IMG/VR virus record: IMGVR_UViG_3300045988_100160 | Span: 1-64,000 of that record | Length of the DNA stretch: 64,000 bases | Reading direction: 5' to 3' (one strand) | Source of the DNA: a virus | In this document: piece after piece, positions 33,228-43,500 of the stretch | How the letters are laid out: every line of letters starts with the position of its first letter | How positions within the stretch are numbered: position 1 is the first letter of the stretch | Notes under the pieces: generated by a model | Database searches by the model: none | The model's input: only the letters and a program-made list of their open reading frames with translations | Told to the model about the DNA's origin: nothing | Made by a program: the position numbers and the translations under genes

Positions 33228-36200
33228 ATGGCAGACAACTTTATTCACTTGCATCTGCACTCACAGTTTTCCAACTATGGGATGAAAGATGCAATTAGTT
33301 CTGTAGATGGTATCATTAAGCGTATACACGAACTTGGACAACGAGGGTTTGCACTCACAGACCACAATGGTTGTTCAGGCTTGATTGATACATATGTGCA
33401 TCTACAGAAATATAACAAGAAACATGGCACAGATTTAAAACTTGTGATGGGGTCAGAGTTATATTATACATATGATGTCCACATAAAGGACAAATCATAT
33501 AATCATATCTTGTTTCTTGCGAAAAATCAAGTCGGACTTGAGAACTTGTTCAAGTTAACAAGTGAAGCACATAAACACTATTATTACAAGTCAAGATGTG
33601 ACCTTGATATGATACGCAAGTACTCAGAGGGTTTAATCTGTACATCGGCATGCATGGGTGGATGGCTTAAGGGTGATAATCGTGAGTCGTTAATTCCGCA
33701 GTTCAAAGACATCTTTGGTGACGACTTATATTTTGAAATCCATACATATCAACATGAAGACCAAAAGCGTTTTAATGCAATGGTTGCAGAAATGGGTGCA
33801 AAATATGATGTACCATTGATTGCCGCTTGTGACTCTCATTATGTGTATGAAGAAGATTACGCTTTACATAAGGCTTTCCGTGGTCGTTCTCAAGATGACG
33901 ATGAAGACCAATACTATGGTTCAAACGACTTCTTTATCCAATCGGAAGCGCAGGTATTCGACCGTCTATATCCACAATTTGGTGTTGATATGGTTGAAGA
34001 CATGGTGAAGAATACCAATATTATTTTTGACAAATGTAATACACAAGTTGATTTCAACTTGGATGTCTATCCAAAGTATGTTAAAGATGGCGATGTAAAA
34101 CCTGTGTTTTTAGATGCGTTGAGACAGGGGTATAAACAAAAGATTTTAAATCAGGTGACCCCAGAATTTAAGAAACGTGTTGACGAACGTGTCCCACATG
34201 AGATTGATATTTTGGAGCAAGTTGGTTATATGGACTATCTGTTGATTACCAAAGATATTCTCGATGCTTGTCGTGAACGTGATATTCCAGTTGGACATGG
34301 TCGTGGTTCGGTTGGAGGATGCGAGTGTGCATATTTACTCGATATTACATCTTTGGATGCTATTACAAACAACTTGTATTTTGAACGGTTTGCAAACCCC
34401 AATCGTGTATCACCCCCAGACGTTGACAACGATTGCTCTAAGGTAAGACGAGGAGAAGTTATTCAATATCTTGAAGAAAAATACAAATATGTCTATCAAT
34501 GTCGTACATTTTCCTACATGAAAGCATCTGGAGCATTAAAAGAAGCTGCACGATGTCTAGGCGTAGACCATACTATTGCAGATGCCTATTCAAAGAAAAT
34601 CAAGGATGTATCTTTTGACGATGATGAAGATTTCCATGATAACGACCTTGAGTATGCAAAACTTGATTATATAAATGATGGTAAACATCAAGAGATGTTT
34701 GAACTCGCTAAGAAGCTGGTCGGTATTATGACTGGCTTTGGGAAACACGCATCGGCAGTCATTGTTTCAAACCAAGATATTACCAAGTATTGCTCACTAG
34801 AGATGCAAAAAAATTCTCAAACAAAAGAAGAAACCTTTGTGGCATCCACAAACTTTAAACATTTAGAGTCTATGGGTTTTCTAAAAGAGGATATTCTTGG
34901 TCTTAGAACCTTGGATGTAATCAATGATTGTGTAACGATGGCTGGTGTCAAAAACAGTCTTGACTTGGCAAAATTACCTTGGGATGATAAACCTACGTTA
35001 GACTTGCTATGTAAAGGTGATACACTTGGAGTATTCCAAATGAAATCACAAGGAATGGTAAGAACTCTTAAAAGTATTGCCCCAAAGAACTTTGTCGATT
35101 TAATCGCTGTGGTTGCCCTGTATAGACCAGCGTGTATTTTAACAGGCATGTTAGATGAGTATATTGACCGCCGTAATGGTAAGCCGTTTGAGTACTTAGA
35201 TGAACGATTAAAAGAACCATTAGGTGAAACATATGGTATCATGGTGTTCCAAGAACAAATTATGCGTGTGTGTCAGATTATCGCTGGATATTCAATGGCG
35301 GAAGCAGATACGGTAAGACGTGCGGTTGGTAAAAAAGACCACGATTTAATGCAAGAGATTACGGCAGAATTTGTTGACCGTGCGGTTGCGAATGGTACAG
35401 ATAAAGATGTGGCGAAACAAATTTTAGACATGATTATTGCAGCGGCGAGCTATGGATTTAATAAGGCTCACAGTCAATCATACGGCTACATGGCATACAT
35501 AACGGCATACCTCAAGGCACACTATCCGCTCGAATTTTATGTGGCAACTATTAACTCCGAAGATGGCAACCAAGAGAAAATCTTGCCGTACATCCAAGAG
35601 ATGCAACGCAAGGGCATCAAGATATTACCACCTGACCTACGCTACAGTGAACGTGAGTGGACAGTCGAAGATAGTTCTGTGCGTGTTGGTCTTTCGTACA
35701 TCAAAGGTATTAACAAGATTGAAAAACCACACGAATATACAATAGATGCCATCTTTAGTAAATACTCTAAGTTGCAATTACAGGGTCTAGTCGGTAGTGG
35801 TGCATTAGACTTCTTGGGTAATACACATGAACTCATGGCGTTAATTCCTGAGTATAAGTCATATGATAAAGACCGCAAGAACGCTTTGCATAAAATACAT
35901 GAGTGGCAATCTAAGTTACAACAACACGAAGACACCATGTATACAAACGATGGATTGTTCTCTGATAAAGAATTAAAGTCTTTGGATAAAAAGAAACAGA
36001 ACATCGAAAAGAAAATCCAAGAATGGACAGACAAGTATAACTCTATAATGCTCATAGAACGCCCAAATTTGAGCTCTAAGGTGCCTGTGGTATCTCTTAG
36101 GTATGAATACCTTGGGTGTACGTTTGAAGACCCTTTAAAAGCATATAACACAAATTTAGCCAATGGTCGTGACGTCAAGGCAATCATTGTGTCTGATTTT

Positions 36201-36383
36201 AAAACGAAAACAACCAAGGCTGGCAAACCTATGGCATATGTATTCGACCATGTTGGCAACAAGTATGTCATGTGGTCTAACTACTTGGTTGAGTTACAGG
36301 TCGGTACAGGATATTATATCCAAGTGCGTGGCGACACAATCACAAAGGTTAAGCCATTGGAATTAAAACAAAATAACGCTTAA
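33228..36383 (+). CDS. dnaE: DNA polymerase III alpha subunit (DnaE-type, N-terminal PHP domain)
   Basis: PHP motif HLHLHSQFS, GHGRGSVGG, palm aspartates PPDVDNDC, 1051 aa. AGGAGG upstream. Confidence 0.9.
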   Translation: MADNFIHLHLHSQFSNYGMKDAISSVDGIIKRIHELGQRGFALTDHNGCSGLIDTYVHLQKYNKKHGTDLKLVMGSELYYTYDVHIKDKSYNHILFLAKNQVGLENLFKLTSEAHKHYYYKSRCDLDMIRKYSEGLICTSACMGGWLKGDNRESLIPQFKDIFGDDLYFEIHTYQHEDQKRFNAMVAEMGAKYDVPLIAACDSHYVYEEDYALHKAFRGRSQDDDEDQYYGSNDFFIQSEAQVFDRLYPQFGVDMVEDMVKNTNIIFDKCNTQVDFNLDVYPKYVKDGDVKPVFLDALRQGYKQKILNQVTPEFKKRVDERVPHEIDILEQVGYMDYLLITKDILDACRERDIPVGHGRGSVGGCECAYLLDITSLDAITNNLYFERFANPNRVSPPDVDNDCSKVRRGEVIQYLEEKYKYVYQCRTFSYMKASGALKEAARCLGVDHTIADAYSKKIKDVSFDDDEDFHDNDLEYAKLDYINDGKHQEMFELAKKLVGIMTGFGKHASAVIVSNQDITKYCSLEMQKNSQTKEETFVASTNFKHLESMGFLKEDILGLRTLDVINDCVTMAGVKNSLDLAKLPWDDKPTLDLLCKGDTLGVFQMKSQGMVRTLKSIAPKNFVDLIAVVALYRPACILTGMLDEYIDRRNGKPFEYLDERLKEPLGETYGIMVFQEQIMRVCQIIAGYSMAEADTVRRAVGKKDHDLMQEITAEFVDRAVANGTDKDVAKQILDMIIAAASYGFNKAHSQSYGYMAYITAYLKAHYPLEFYVATINSEDGNQEKILPYIQEMQRKGIKILPPDLRYSEREWTVEDSSVRVGLSYIKGINKIEKPHEYTIDAIFSKYSKLQLQGLVGSGALDFLGNTHELMALIPEYKSYDKDRKNALHKIHEWQSKLQQHEDTMYTNDGLFSDKELKSLDKKKQNIEKKIQEWTDKYNSIMLIERPNLSSKVPVVSLRYEYLGCTFEDPLKAYNTNLANGRDVKAIIVSDFKTKTTKAGKPMAYVFDHVGNKYVMWSNYLVELQVGTGYYIQVRGDTITKVKPLELKQNNA

Positions 36384-36395
36384 AACGCAAAAAAT

Positions 36396-36425
36396 GGGGA
36401 GTATACCAATTACGGTATACTCCCC
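36396..36425. terminator. bidirectional hairpin terminator between convergent units
   Basis: 12-bp stem GGGGAGTATACC/GGTATACTCCCC with 6-nt loop, flanked by A-run and T-run. Confidence 0.75.
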
Positions 36426-36454
36426 ATTTGTATTATGTAGAATATTTAACATAC

Positions 36455-36488
36455 TAAAAAGACAATATCGGACATCCACTCTTGTCCG
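36455..36488 (-). terminator. rho-independent terminator ending the lysis cassette
   Basis: CGGACA/TGTCCG stem (36469..36474 and 36483..36488), then ATATTGTCTTTTT on the minus strand. Confidence 0.55.
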
Positions 36489-36515
36489 CTAGAGAGATGA
36501 AGAAGACCACCTCCG

Positions 36516-37010
36516 CTAACCCTTGGCGATTTTATACACAAGGGCAGTTCCAAGAACAATGTTTAAAATTTTACTGTTGCGGTTCTGTTGTTGTGCTTTC
36601 TTGATTATCTCTTTTTGCTGATTCAAGTATATTTCTGCTTTCTCTAATGATAGCCTTTGCATTTGTAGCATCTGTTCTTGCTGCCTTAACGAGTTCTGTG
36701 CTTCTATCAATAGCTGCCGTTGTTCCTCGAGTTGCTTCAAGGCTTCGAGTAACGCTTGTTGTGACTCGTTCGTTGACATCTTGGCTATGCTCAACTGCTG
36801 TTCTAATTCGTTGATTGTATTCAACTGACTGTCTATTGTATTCTCCAGCGTGTCGAAGTTCTTCATTAGCACGTTGTATTGGCTTTGTGTCAATACGACT
36901 GTCTGCTCTGATGTAGCTCCAGATACAGATGGCACACATAAGAATAATCCCAAGAATAATAATACCGTTACGCTTTGGATTCGACATAATGTATGTTCTA
37001 ATATTTTCAT
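36516..37010 (-). CDS. alternative +1-frame ORF (164 aa) almost fully overlapping 36571..37014; signal-peptide-like N-terminus, coiled coil, C-terminal TM
   Basis: ATG 37010 lies 4 nt after ATG 37014 and shares the same SD. The frame stays open for 164 codons. G-ending codons are unusually frequent, so it may be a shadow frame. Confidence 0.3.
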   Translation of the reverse strand: MKILEHTLCRIQSVTVLLFLGLFLCVPSVSGATSEQTVVLTQSQYNVLMKNFDTLENTIDSQLNTINELEQQLSIAKMSTNESQQALLEALKQLEEQRQLLIEAQNSLRQQEQMLQMQRLSLEKAEIYLNQQKEIIKKAQQQNRNSKILNIVLGTALVYKIAKG

Positions 37011-37014
37011 TCAT
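36571..37014 (-). CDS. type-II membrane protein (N-terminal TM plus extracytoplasmic domain), spanin-position candidate
   Basis: ATGA coupling to the upstream stop. AGGAG lies 5 nt upstream. TM segment GIIILGIILMCAICIWSYI. A/T-rich third codon positions resemble neighbouring genes. Confidence 0.6.
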   Translation of the reverse strand: MNENIRTYIMSNPKRNGIIILGIILMCAICIWSYIRADSRIDTKPIQRANEELRHAGEYNRQSVEYNQRIRTAVEHSQDVNERVTTSVTRSLEATRGTTAAIDRSTELVKAARTDATNAKAIIRESRNILESAKRDNQESTTTEPQQ

Positions 37015-37298
37015 CGTATCTCCTGTGTATCTTGTGCAGATGGCACAAGTGTGCCACGCTCATACTCAAGATTCTCTAAGATTGAAATTTTTTGTTGCAA
37101 TAACGCACGTTCTTGTTTCGTTACCTGTAGTTGTACTTGTGTTTCATGCAGTTCTCTCTCGGTTTCTTCCAATTGTTTCTCGTGCGTATGTATACCACTA
37201 AACAATAGATACACACACACGAATAATCCAATTAGACACACTGAGAAGACAGTACCAACTGTTTTCCATAATGGAGGTTTCTCGATGTGGAAATTCAT
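37011..37298 (-). CDS. N-terminally anchored coiled-coil membrane protein (95 aa), i-spanin-like topology
   Basis: ORF track trimmed to ATG 37298 (ATGA overlap with the amidase stop, GGGGGA upstream). TM segment VGTVFSVCLIGLFVCVYLLFSGI followed by heptads. Confidence 0.55.
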   Translation of the reverse strand: MNFHIEKPPLWKTVGTVFSVCLIGLFVCVYLLFSGIHTHEKQLEETERELHETQVQLQVTKQERALLQQKISILENLEYERGTLVPSAQDTQEIR

Positions 37299-37873
37299 AT
37301 GTTTATCCCCCATTCGTTATTAGCGATAAACCGTGCGTTACCACGCAAGTTGTCACCACCAGACCACTCTGGGTCTCCTTGGTGGAGAACCCATAAATCC
37401 CATCGTTCACACGTTGAGTCTGGGCCGTAAGTATTGTTTGGGTATGGCGTTGGGTCGTTATAACACAAGTCCATGCCGTCTTTGTTGTCGGCGGCTTCGG
37501 AGTGAGTCATAACATGCTGTATGTCCAAAGGAATACCAATTTGTACACACAATAGTGCAATTACATAAGACATTGCGTAAATTTGTGCTTCTGTTGGAGG
37601 TTCTGTGCCCATATTGTAGATGCCAGTCGCATCCCAACAACCGTTCATTACGATGCCGATTGAACGACTGTTTCGCATATATGTGTGATCACGGTGTTCT
37701 GTTAAGTCATCAACATCGGTAAACAAATTGCCGTCTTTATCAATGCAGATGTGATATTTGTCTGTGTGACTTTGGTTATAATAACCAGCACTCCAATGTA
37801 GATAAATGTGATCAATATAACCTCGTGCGTTTGTTGCCATGGTTATCAACTCGTCTTTTGTTAATTGTCTCAT
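37295..37873 (-). CDS. endolysin: N-acetylmuramoyl-L-alanine amidase (amidase_2 / PGRP type)
   Basis: Segments IYLHWSAG, HTYMRNSRSIGI and VMTHSE match the zinc-amidase pattern. ATGA coupling to the holin candidate. Confidence 0.75.
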   Translation of the reverse strand: MRQLTKDELITMATNARGYIDHIYLHWSAGYYNQSHTDKYHICIDKDGNLFTDVDDLTEHRDHTYMRNSRSIGIVMNGCWDATGIYNMGTEPPTEAQIYAMSYVIALLCVQIGIPLDIQHVMTHSEAADNKDGMDLCYNDPTPYPNNTYGPDSTCERWDLWVLHQGDPEWSGGDNLRGNARFIANNEWGINI

Positions 37874-38253
37874 TTCGTATCACCCTTTTCGTCATTAATT
37901 ACAGGAACATTTGTTTGTTGTCGCATGTGTGCTTTCGAGTCCAGTTCGTCAGATTCACCATCGCCATCTGAATCAATAAGAGCGACACCATACGCAAGAA
38001 GTCCTGTTACAGTTTGTGTAGAGAAGATAACGGAAACAAACAACCTTAGCTCCGTTAAGAGAGACACGAGAATATTTACGTTTAGTCCGATGTGCATCGC
38101 ATAGATTGCATATAGCCATACAATCAGGTAAATGAATATCGGAACAAAACTGGTTGTAATTACAAATTTTACGAATTGTAGAGAACGAATATTCCCATGG
38201 GTTTCTCTCAATCGACCCCAGTATTCCTTGGCTTTAGAAAATATTGTGTCCAT
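37870..38253 (-). CDS. holin candidate (127 aa, 2-3 TM helices, charged C-terminus)
   Basis: Hydrophobic segments FVKFVITTSFVPIFIYLIVWLYAIYAM and VSVIFSTQTVTGLLAYGVALI. Acidic/basic tail. Lies immediately upstream of the endolysin. Confidence 0.6.
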   Translation of the reverse strand: MDTIFSKAKEYWGRLRETHGNIRSLQFVKFVITTSFVPIFIYLIVWLYAIYAMHIGLNVNILVSLLTELRLFVSVIFSTQTVTGLLAYGVALIDSDGDGESDELDSKAHMRQQTNVPVINDEKGDTK

Positions 38254-38256
38254 TGA

Positions 38257-38523
38257 TTACCTCCGAGAGTATTCTTCCAAGGCATCAATGCGTTGTCCAA
38301 TATGTTTTATATCACTTTCCATTCCACTAAGTTTGATAGACATGTTGTATCGGTCAACACGACCTGTTTCAATATCCTTGAGAATTGCGGCAATAGTTGT
38401 GCTTAAGTTGTCAATTGAGACTTTTAATGGAGAAATAATCATGACTTTAAAAACAAAGCCGATGAAACTTCCAACAAACACAAGTATGCCACATATCAAG
38501 GAAATCATCGTAAGTAGTTCCAT
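38257..38523 (-). CDS. small N-terminally anchored coiled-coil membrane protein (88 aa)
   Basis: ORF track. GAAAGG upstream. TM segment ISLICGILVFVGSFIGFVF. First gene of the lysis cassette. Confidence 0.55.
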   Translation of the reverse strand: MELLTMISLICGILVFVGSFIGFVFKVMIISPLKVSIDNLSTTIAAILKDIETGRVDRYNMSIKLSGMESDIKHIGQRIDALEEYSRR

Positions 38524-38540
38524 TGATTGCCTTTCGTATT

Positions 38541-38569
38541 AAAAACTAAGGGAGACGGTGGTGTCTCCC
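38541..38569 (-). terminator. rho-independent terminator after the tail fibre gene
   Basis: GGGAGAC/GTCTCCC stem, then TTAGTTTTT on the minus strand. Confidence 0.65.
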
Positions 38570-38577
38570 ATGTTGTA

Positions 38578-39648
38578 TTATAAGCTGTCAGAGGATTCTA
38601 AAATTGTATTGTTTCTATATCTGTAGATAACGTAGTATGGAGTTTGTTTTACAAAGAATACATTAGAAGTACCAACTTGTAAAGCCTTTCCAATATAGTC
38701 TTTTGATTTGTTATCAGATGCAGATACTTGACTAAAGAACCTTTCTTCTTCTCGTCCATATCCTTCTGCCTGATAGTAAGAGAAATCTAATTTAAGATTA
38801 ACCCCATGTCCAATGCCTTTAGCAATATTTTGGAGAGATGAGCCACTATAAGGAGCCCACATTTGGCTAGTGAGTGCATCGTCTATGATTAAGGTGTCAA
38901 TATCGCTAACCTTAGTCTTAACATAATTTTTGATTTTTTGGAACTCACTTTGACCAAGCGTTGGTTGATTGTTTTTGTCTCCAATATGATTCAACTCAAC
39001 AACTTTATTGTTGTAGATTGAAACACTTACTTTATCGCTACCACCTAAGCTGAGCTCTTTTGTCTCAACAAAAGAGCCTTTATCAAATACAGCGTTTAAA
39101 TTACCAAAGGCAATATTAATATCTGAAATATGATTATCAAGATACCCAAAATATCCAGCCGTATATGAGTCTCCTGCATTAGAGCTTGAAACAGATACAT
39201 TTGCAAGTCCATCTGAATTAAATTCAACAGTTTTATTATCAATTTTTACTTTAAAGTGTGGTTCGCCACTAAGAGTAAAGTTTGGATTTCCAACTAATAA
39301 TGTTGACTGTAAAGCTATTGGTTTATAATCTGTTCGTGGCATTGGTTTGCCCCAGTTAGAAATAACTGCTGAGAGAACAGAGTCAACAGTAGAGTCGTCA
39401 CACCAGATGTTGTTCTCCAACAGTTTATTCCGTGCTTGTTCGGCTGTAGATGGTTTACCGCCTTTTAAGCTATCAAGCCACTCTTGTTCTGTACCAATGA
39501 AACCGTTGCGAACGGCAACACGATATGCATCGTCACCGTCACGACCGTCTATACCATCTCGACCCGGTTTACCCTCAAAGTTTGGGATAGCAACATTGAC
39601 CTGTATAGGGTCAACCAAAGAAATTTTTGTAATAGTATCGTCTGCCAT
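38578..39648 (-). CDS. tail fibre / receptor-binding protein with a short collagen-like G-X-Y stretch
   Basis: GKPGRDGIDGRDGDD near the N-terminus. Last structural gene. 356 aa. Confidence 0.55.
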   Translation of the reverse strand: MADDTITKISLVDPIQVNVAIPNFEGKPGRDGIDGRDGDDAYRVAVRNGFIGTEQEWLDSLKGGKPSTAEQARNKLLENNIWCDDSTVDSVLSAVISNWGKPMPRTDYKPIALQSTLLVGNPNFTLSGEPHFKVKIDNKTVEFNSDGLANVSVSSSNAGDSYTAGYFGYLDNHISDINIAFGNLNAVFDKGSFVETKELSLGGSDKVSVSIYNNKVVELNHIGDKNNQPTLGQSEFQKIKNYVKTKVSDIDTLIIDDALTSQMWAPYSGSSLQNIAKGIGHGVNLKLDFSYYQAEGYGREEERFFSQVSASDNKSKDYIGKALQVGTSNVFFVKQTPYYVIYRYRNNTILESSDSL

Positions 39649-39668
39649 AGTTTATCTCCTGTAAAAAA

Positions 39669-40007
39669 TTAATGCATAGAAATGTCATGGATAATCTCGA
39701 TGTCACCCATACAAACTTTATAAGACTTATTATCCTTGAGAAGAAACACATCGTATTTACCCTTGCGTATTCGTTCATCAATACCAAGAGTTATGTCATA
39801 TCCAATTTGTACCAAGACTTGATTGCCACTAATCGAACACATTGCCGTACACAAGACATTATTTTTCATGTCTCTGATTTTGCATACCGCAGATGCATCG
39901 TCTAGTGTAAAATCAGGGTTTTGACTATTGATGATATACAGACGTTCCCAATCAGCACCAGTATGTAATGTCTCAGGTACATCAATCACATAGTTGATAT
40001 TAATCAC
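39669..40007 (-). CDS. hypothetical tail-module protein (112 aa, GTG start)
   Basis: ORF track. The GTG overlaps the upstream GAT TAA. Confidence 0.5.
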   Translation of the reverse strand: MININYVIDVPETLHTGADWERLYIINSQNPDFTLDDASAVCKIRDMKNNVLCTAMCSISGNQVLVQIGYDITLGIDERIRKGKYDVFLLKDNKSYKVCMGDIEIIHDISMH

Positions 40008-40500
40008 CTGCCTTTATTAGATTTAATACAACCGTTATCCACCCAGAGATTGTATGCTCAAATGATGTGCTATTGTTTTTACAATAAGCAATACCATCTG
40101 AGTTGATACCAACGAGATAATCAGAGCCACGATATAATGGGAACTCTGGAGCTTTAACAATCGCACCAACATTTGGAGAATTAAATCTGTCGTCTGCCAT
40201 TTGGAATGATACGATTGTTGCTCTATATTTAGAACTTGGGTATTCTTCCGTATAAACGGCATCCCCATGCTTAATCCTGAAGATTAATGCTTTAGAAGAA
40301 CCGCCTGTGTTATCAGATGGTTCTTCTGGTGTAATCTCTGGCTGTTCAATCACATAGGGTTTAATCTCACCGTTAACCAATTGTATTTCCCATGTGTTAT
40401 AGAACTGCTCGGTTTCAATGGCGGTTGTTCCATCTATATGTACCTCAATAGGTGAAGAACACACGCATAGACCAGTGTTATTATCAAATATATAGAACAT
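40000..40500 (-). CDS. hypothetical tail-module protein (166 aa)
   Basis: ORF track. AAAGGG upstream. Confidence 0.55.
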   Translation of the reverse strand: MFYIFDNNTGLCVCSSPIEVHIDGTTAIETEQFYNTWEIQLVNGEIKPYVIEQPEITPEEPSDNTGGSSKALIFRIKHGDAVYTEEYPSSKYRATIVSFQMADDRFNSPNVGAIVKAPEFPLYRGSDYLVGINSDGIAYCKNNSTSFEHTISGWITVVLNLIKAGD

Positions 40501-40506
40501 ATGTTA

Positions 40507-43500
40507 TTACCCTTTCTTGCCAATCACAAGAACATATAGAACGCCAAAAGCAAGGAAATTGTTTATCCAGTCATTACCGCCATTGCCACCGCTAGTATAC
40601 TTAATAACGTATTTACTTTGGCATACAGCTTTTCTACCTTGTAAGCCAACAATAAAACCATTGTCATTGTTATTTGGTTGATTACCTTGGAGATAAACGG
40701 TACACCCTTTTACCATTCTATCCCATTGCCTATCCCATTCTCTTCTTCCGCTAGATGTTGAGCCATCACGAATATGTTTTTCCGTAAAGTTGTACCCAAT
40801 CGGTACAAAAGTGCACTCACTAACACTATAGTTGCCAATCGGTGGAACATCTTGACCGTGAGCCACAGTAAGAATCGCATAGTCAATATTCTTGACTTTA
40901 AATCCAGCGTTTATAATTGAGTCAGCACTAATAGTTGAACCTGTGATATTAGCACCACGGATATTACCATTAGGGTCAACAGAGAATGTTCCGTTGTCAT
41001 TTCTAATGGTAGAACTTATGATTGTACCACTATGGACATCCCCCAAGTTAGCACTAATAGCACTCAAGGAGTCAGCTTTAATCTTGTCAGCAGTTACTGC
41101 ATTGGCTTGCAACATTTTATCTGTAATAATGTTGTCGTCAAACTTAGCTTGACCTGTGACATGAAGCAATCGACCATCAATCAACGTGCCTGCGGAAGAC
41201 AAATTGATTTTCGATACCAGCTTGTCGCCTGTCAAGTTTTCTTCAACTTTTAGTTGAATAGCACTAGCAGTTTGTGTCAATTGAGAAGACATCTCACTTT
41301 TAGCATCGTCAATCTTCTTTTGTACGCTTGAGGAGATGCCATACACAGTCTGAACCATTTGTGTCAAACGACCATCAATAGCGTTAACTTGAGTTAAAAT
41401 CCCATTTTTAGACTGTGTGATTTCAGACCGTAAAGTATTTTCTGTGTTTGAAATCTTGGTTGTGTTTGCTGTTACATCATTTTTAATACCATCTACTTTA
41501 TCACTAAGAGTAGAGACAAAGTTTTCAATCGTGGTTAAACCAAGAGCTTCTCTATCGAGCATCTCTGCATCAATAGTTGCTTTTACTTGAACTGTTTGTT
41601 CAGGAGAAAATTCTCCAAGTCCAAAGTAATCTTCAAAAGCAACAGACACGTTATATAAACCACCATCGCTATTGTATACAAACAAAGGTTCTTTAGTTCT
41701 GTAGTCTGTACCGTCAATACGAACAACGGCTTCGCAACCTTTTGGAATCGCATTGTAGTTTACTCTAAAGGATTGCAAGAATGATTTAATCGTTACAGAT
41801 GGAGCGGTTGGTTTCGGTAGATTATACCCATACTTAGTAGGAGCACTATAGATTTCCTCTGAGTTAACTGCATAGACCCAAACAGTACCATTCCGACCAA
41901 TTCGGCTTAAATCAATTTCTCCGCTAATTTCCGATGTCATTAACAATAGATTATCTGTAGACAAAGAATCAGACGAACGTACTTCATATCGGTCTATATC
42001 TGCGGTTGTCACACGTTTCCATGAGATGGTTGCATTTTCCTTAGTAAAACGAATCACAACATTCTCTGGTGCAGATGGGTTACCAACCTTAGGAACAATC
42101 GTATAAATGTATGTTACCATCGATTCTTCATGTGGCAACTCTTTAGAATCATACGGTATAATCCTGAAATGGACTTTGTCATTTTTCTTAAGACCAATCA
42201 CAGGCATGATACCATGGCTAATACCATAGACTTTCCAATCACCGAGTACACCGTCACGTTCAATCTGAACCGAGACTTGTGAATATCCATAATTGATGTC
42301 GTTTGGTTCTGTAAACACAAGCATAGCATCATATGTGGGAACACCATTGACTTTTTGTCTATAGACTTGTTCAACAGATACATTCTCTACAGGTTTTACA
42401 GTTTCAGGTGTTAAATTAATCTCTTTTGAATTATCCCCTGTAGGGGCGAATACTTTAAGAGATGCACCAAAGGCATCGTCATAGATTGATGGATTGTATT
42501 GTTTAGCAGAAATTTCAAACGTGCCATCTTCTTCTTTCATTTCAACGATACGCACTTGTTGATTTTCAAACAAGGTTTGTTTTTCGCCATTTTCATCAAT
42601 GTATGTTTTTGTGACTGTTACAACATCGCCAGCTTCAAGATGGGATGCCATAAGACCTGTCTTAAATGTTACCGTAATTGGACATAAGCGAATAATATCT
42701 CGTGCGATTTTCCCAAGTCGTAAGCATTGGGTTTGTCTGCGGACACCCTTAAACTCAATATCTTGTTCTACAGGGCGACCAATGCCAATCGGTGGTGGTA
42801 ATTGGTTTGTTGCATCTTCAACGATTAATTTAACAGCAGTATAATCCAATGCAGGTTCCACATAAGTTAAATTAAACTTGTTTGGACTTTGTTCGATGGA
42901 TGCACCTTTGTAAGATAATGAGTTTTCAACGATATTATCATCATTAAATGCATACACAGGTGTTTCCAATCGCTCACACCGTAGTTTGATTTTATTGTTT
43001 GAGAATACAACGAAACCAAGGAATGAATTTAAGATTGACTGCATGTTTTCTAAATGAGATTTTGTTTCATTAAGAATTATATCAAGCTCATATCGTTTTT
43101 CTGATTTCGTTACACCGTATGGGTCGTTATATGTAATTACTTCGTCACAATAATTTGCAACATCCGTGAATGATTCCATATCAAGAACCTCTGGCGTAAT
43201 GTATTTACCAGCACCATAGACATCATTTGTTAAGTAATCATACAAGCATACCGCTGGGTTTTTAGAATACTCAGTTTTGCCTGTACGCCAATCATACACC
43301 TTGCGACCTCTAACGATAGCAGTAATCGTTGGATTGCCTGCACCCATTTTATCAGTATAACGCAAGTCTGCAACCATGTAAGCAATATTTGGATAACCGC
43401 CTGTTGTTTTGTAAGTCGATGGAGCTTCCGCATCGTGTTTCCCATCGTATAATACAACAGTACTTTCTTTGGCATCTTGCTCACCGTTTGTCGTGAAGAA

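Noticed and set aside
34817-36271. Long antisense ORFs inside dnaE (34817..35242, 35642..36271)
   Set aside because: They are fully embedded antisense to a confidently identified polymerase gene, with no expression signals.
36850-37323. Plus-strand ORFs 36850..37323 and 36929..37201 opposite the lysis-cassette coiled-coil genes
   Set aside because: The antisense of Q/E/L-rich coiled-coil coding sequence is naturally poor in stop codons. The peptides are Cys/Ser-rich nonsense and no RBS is present.
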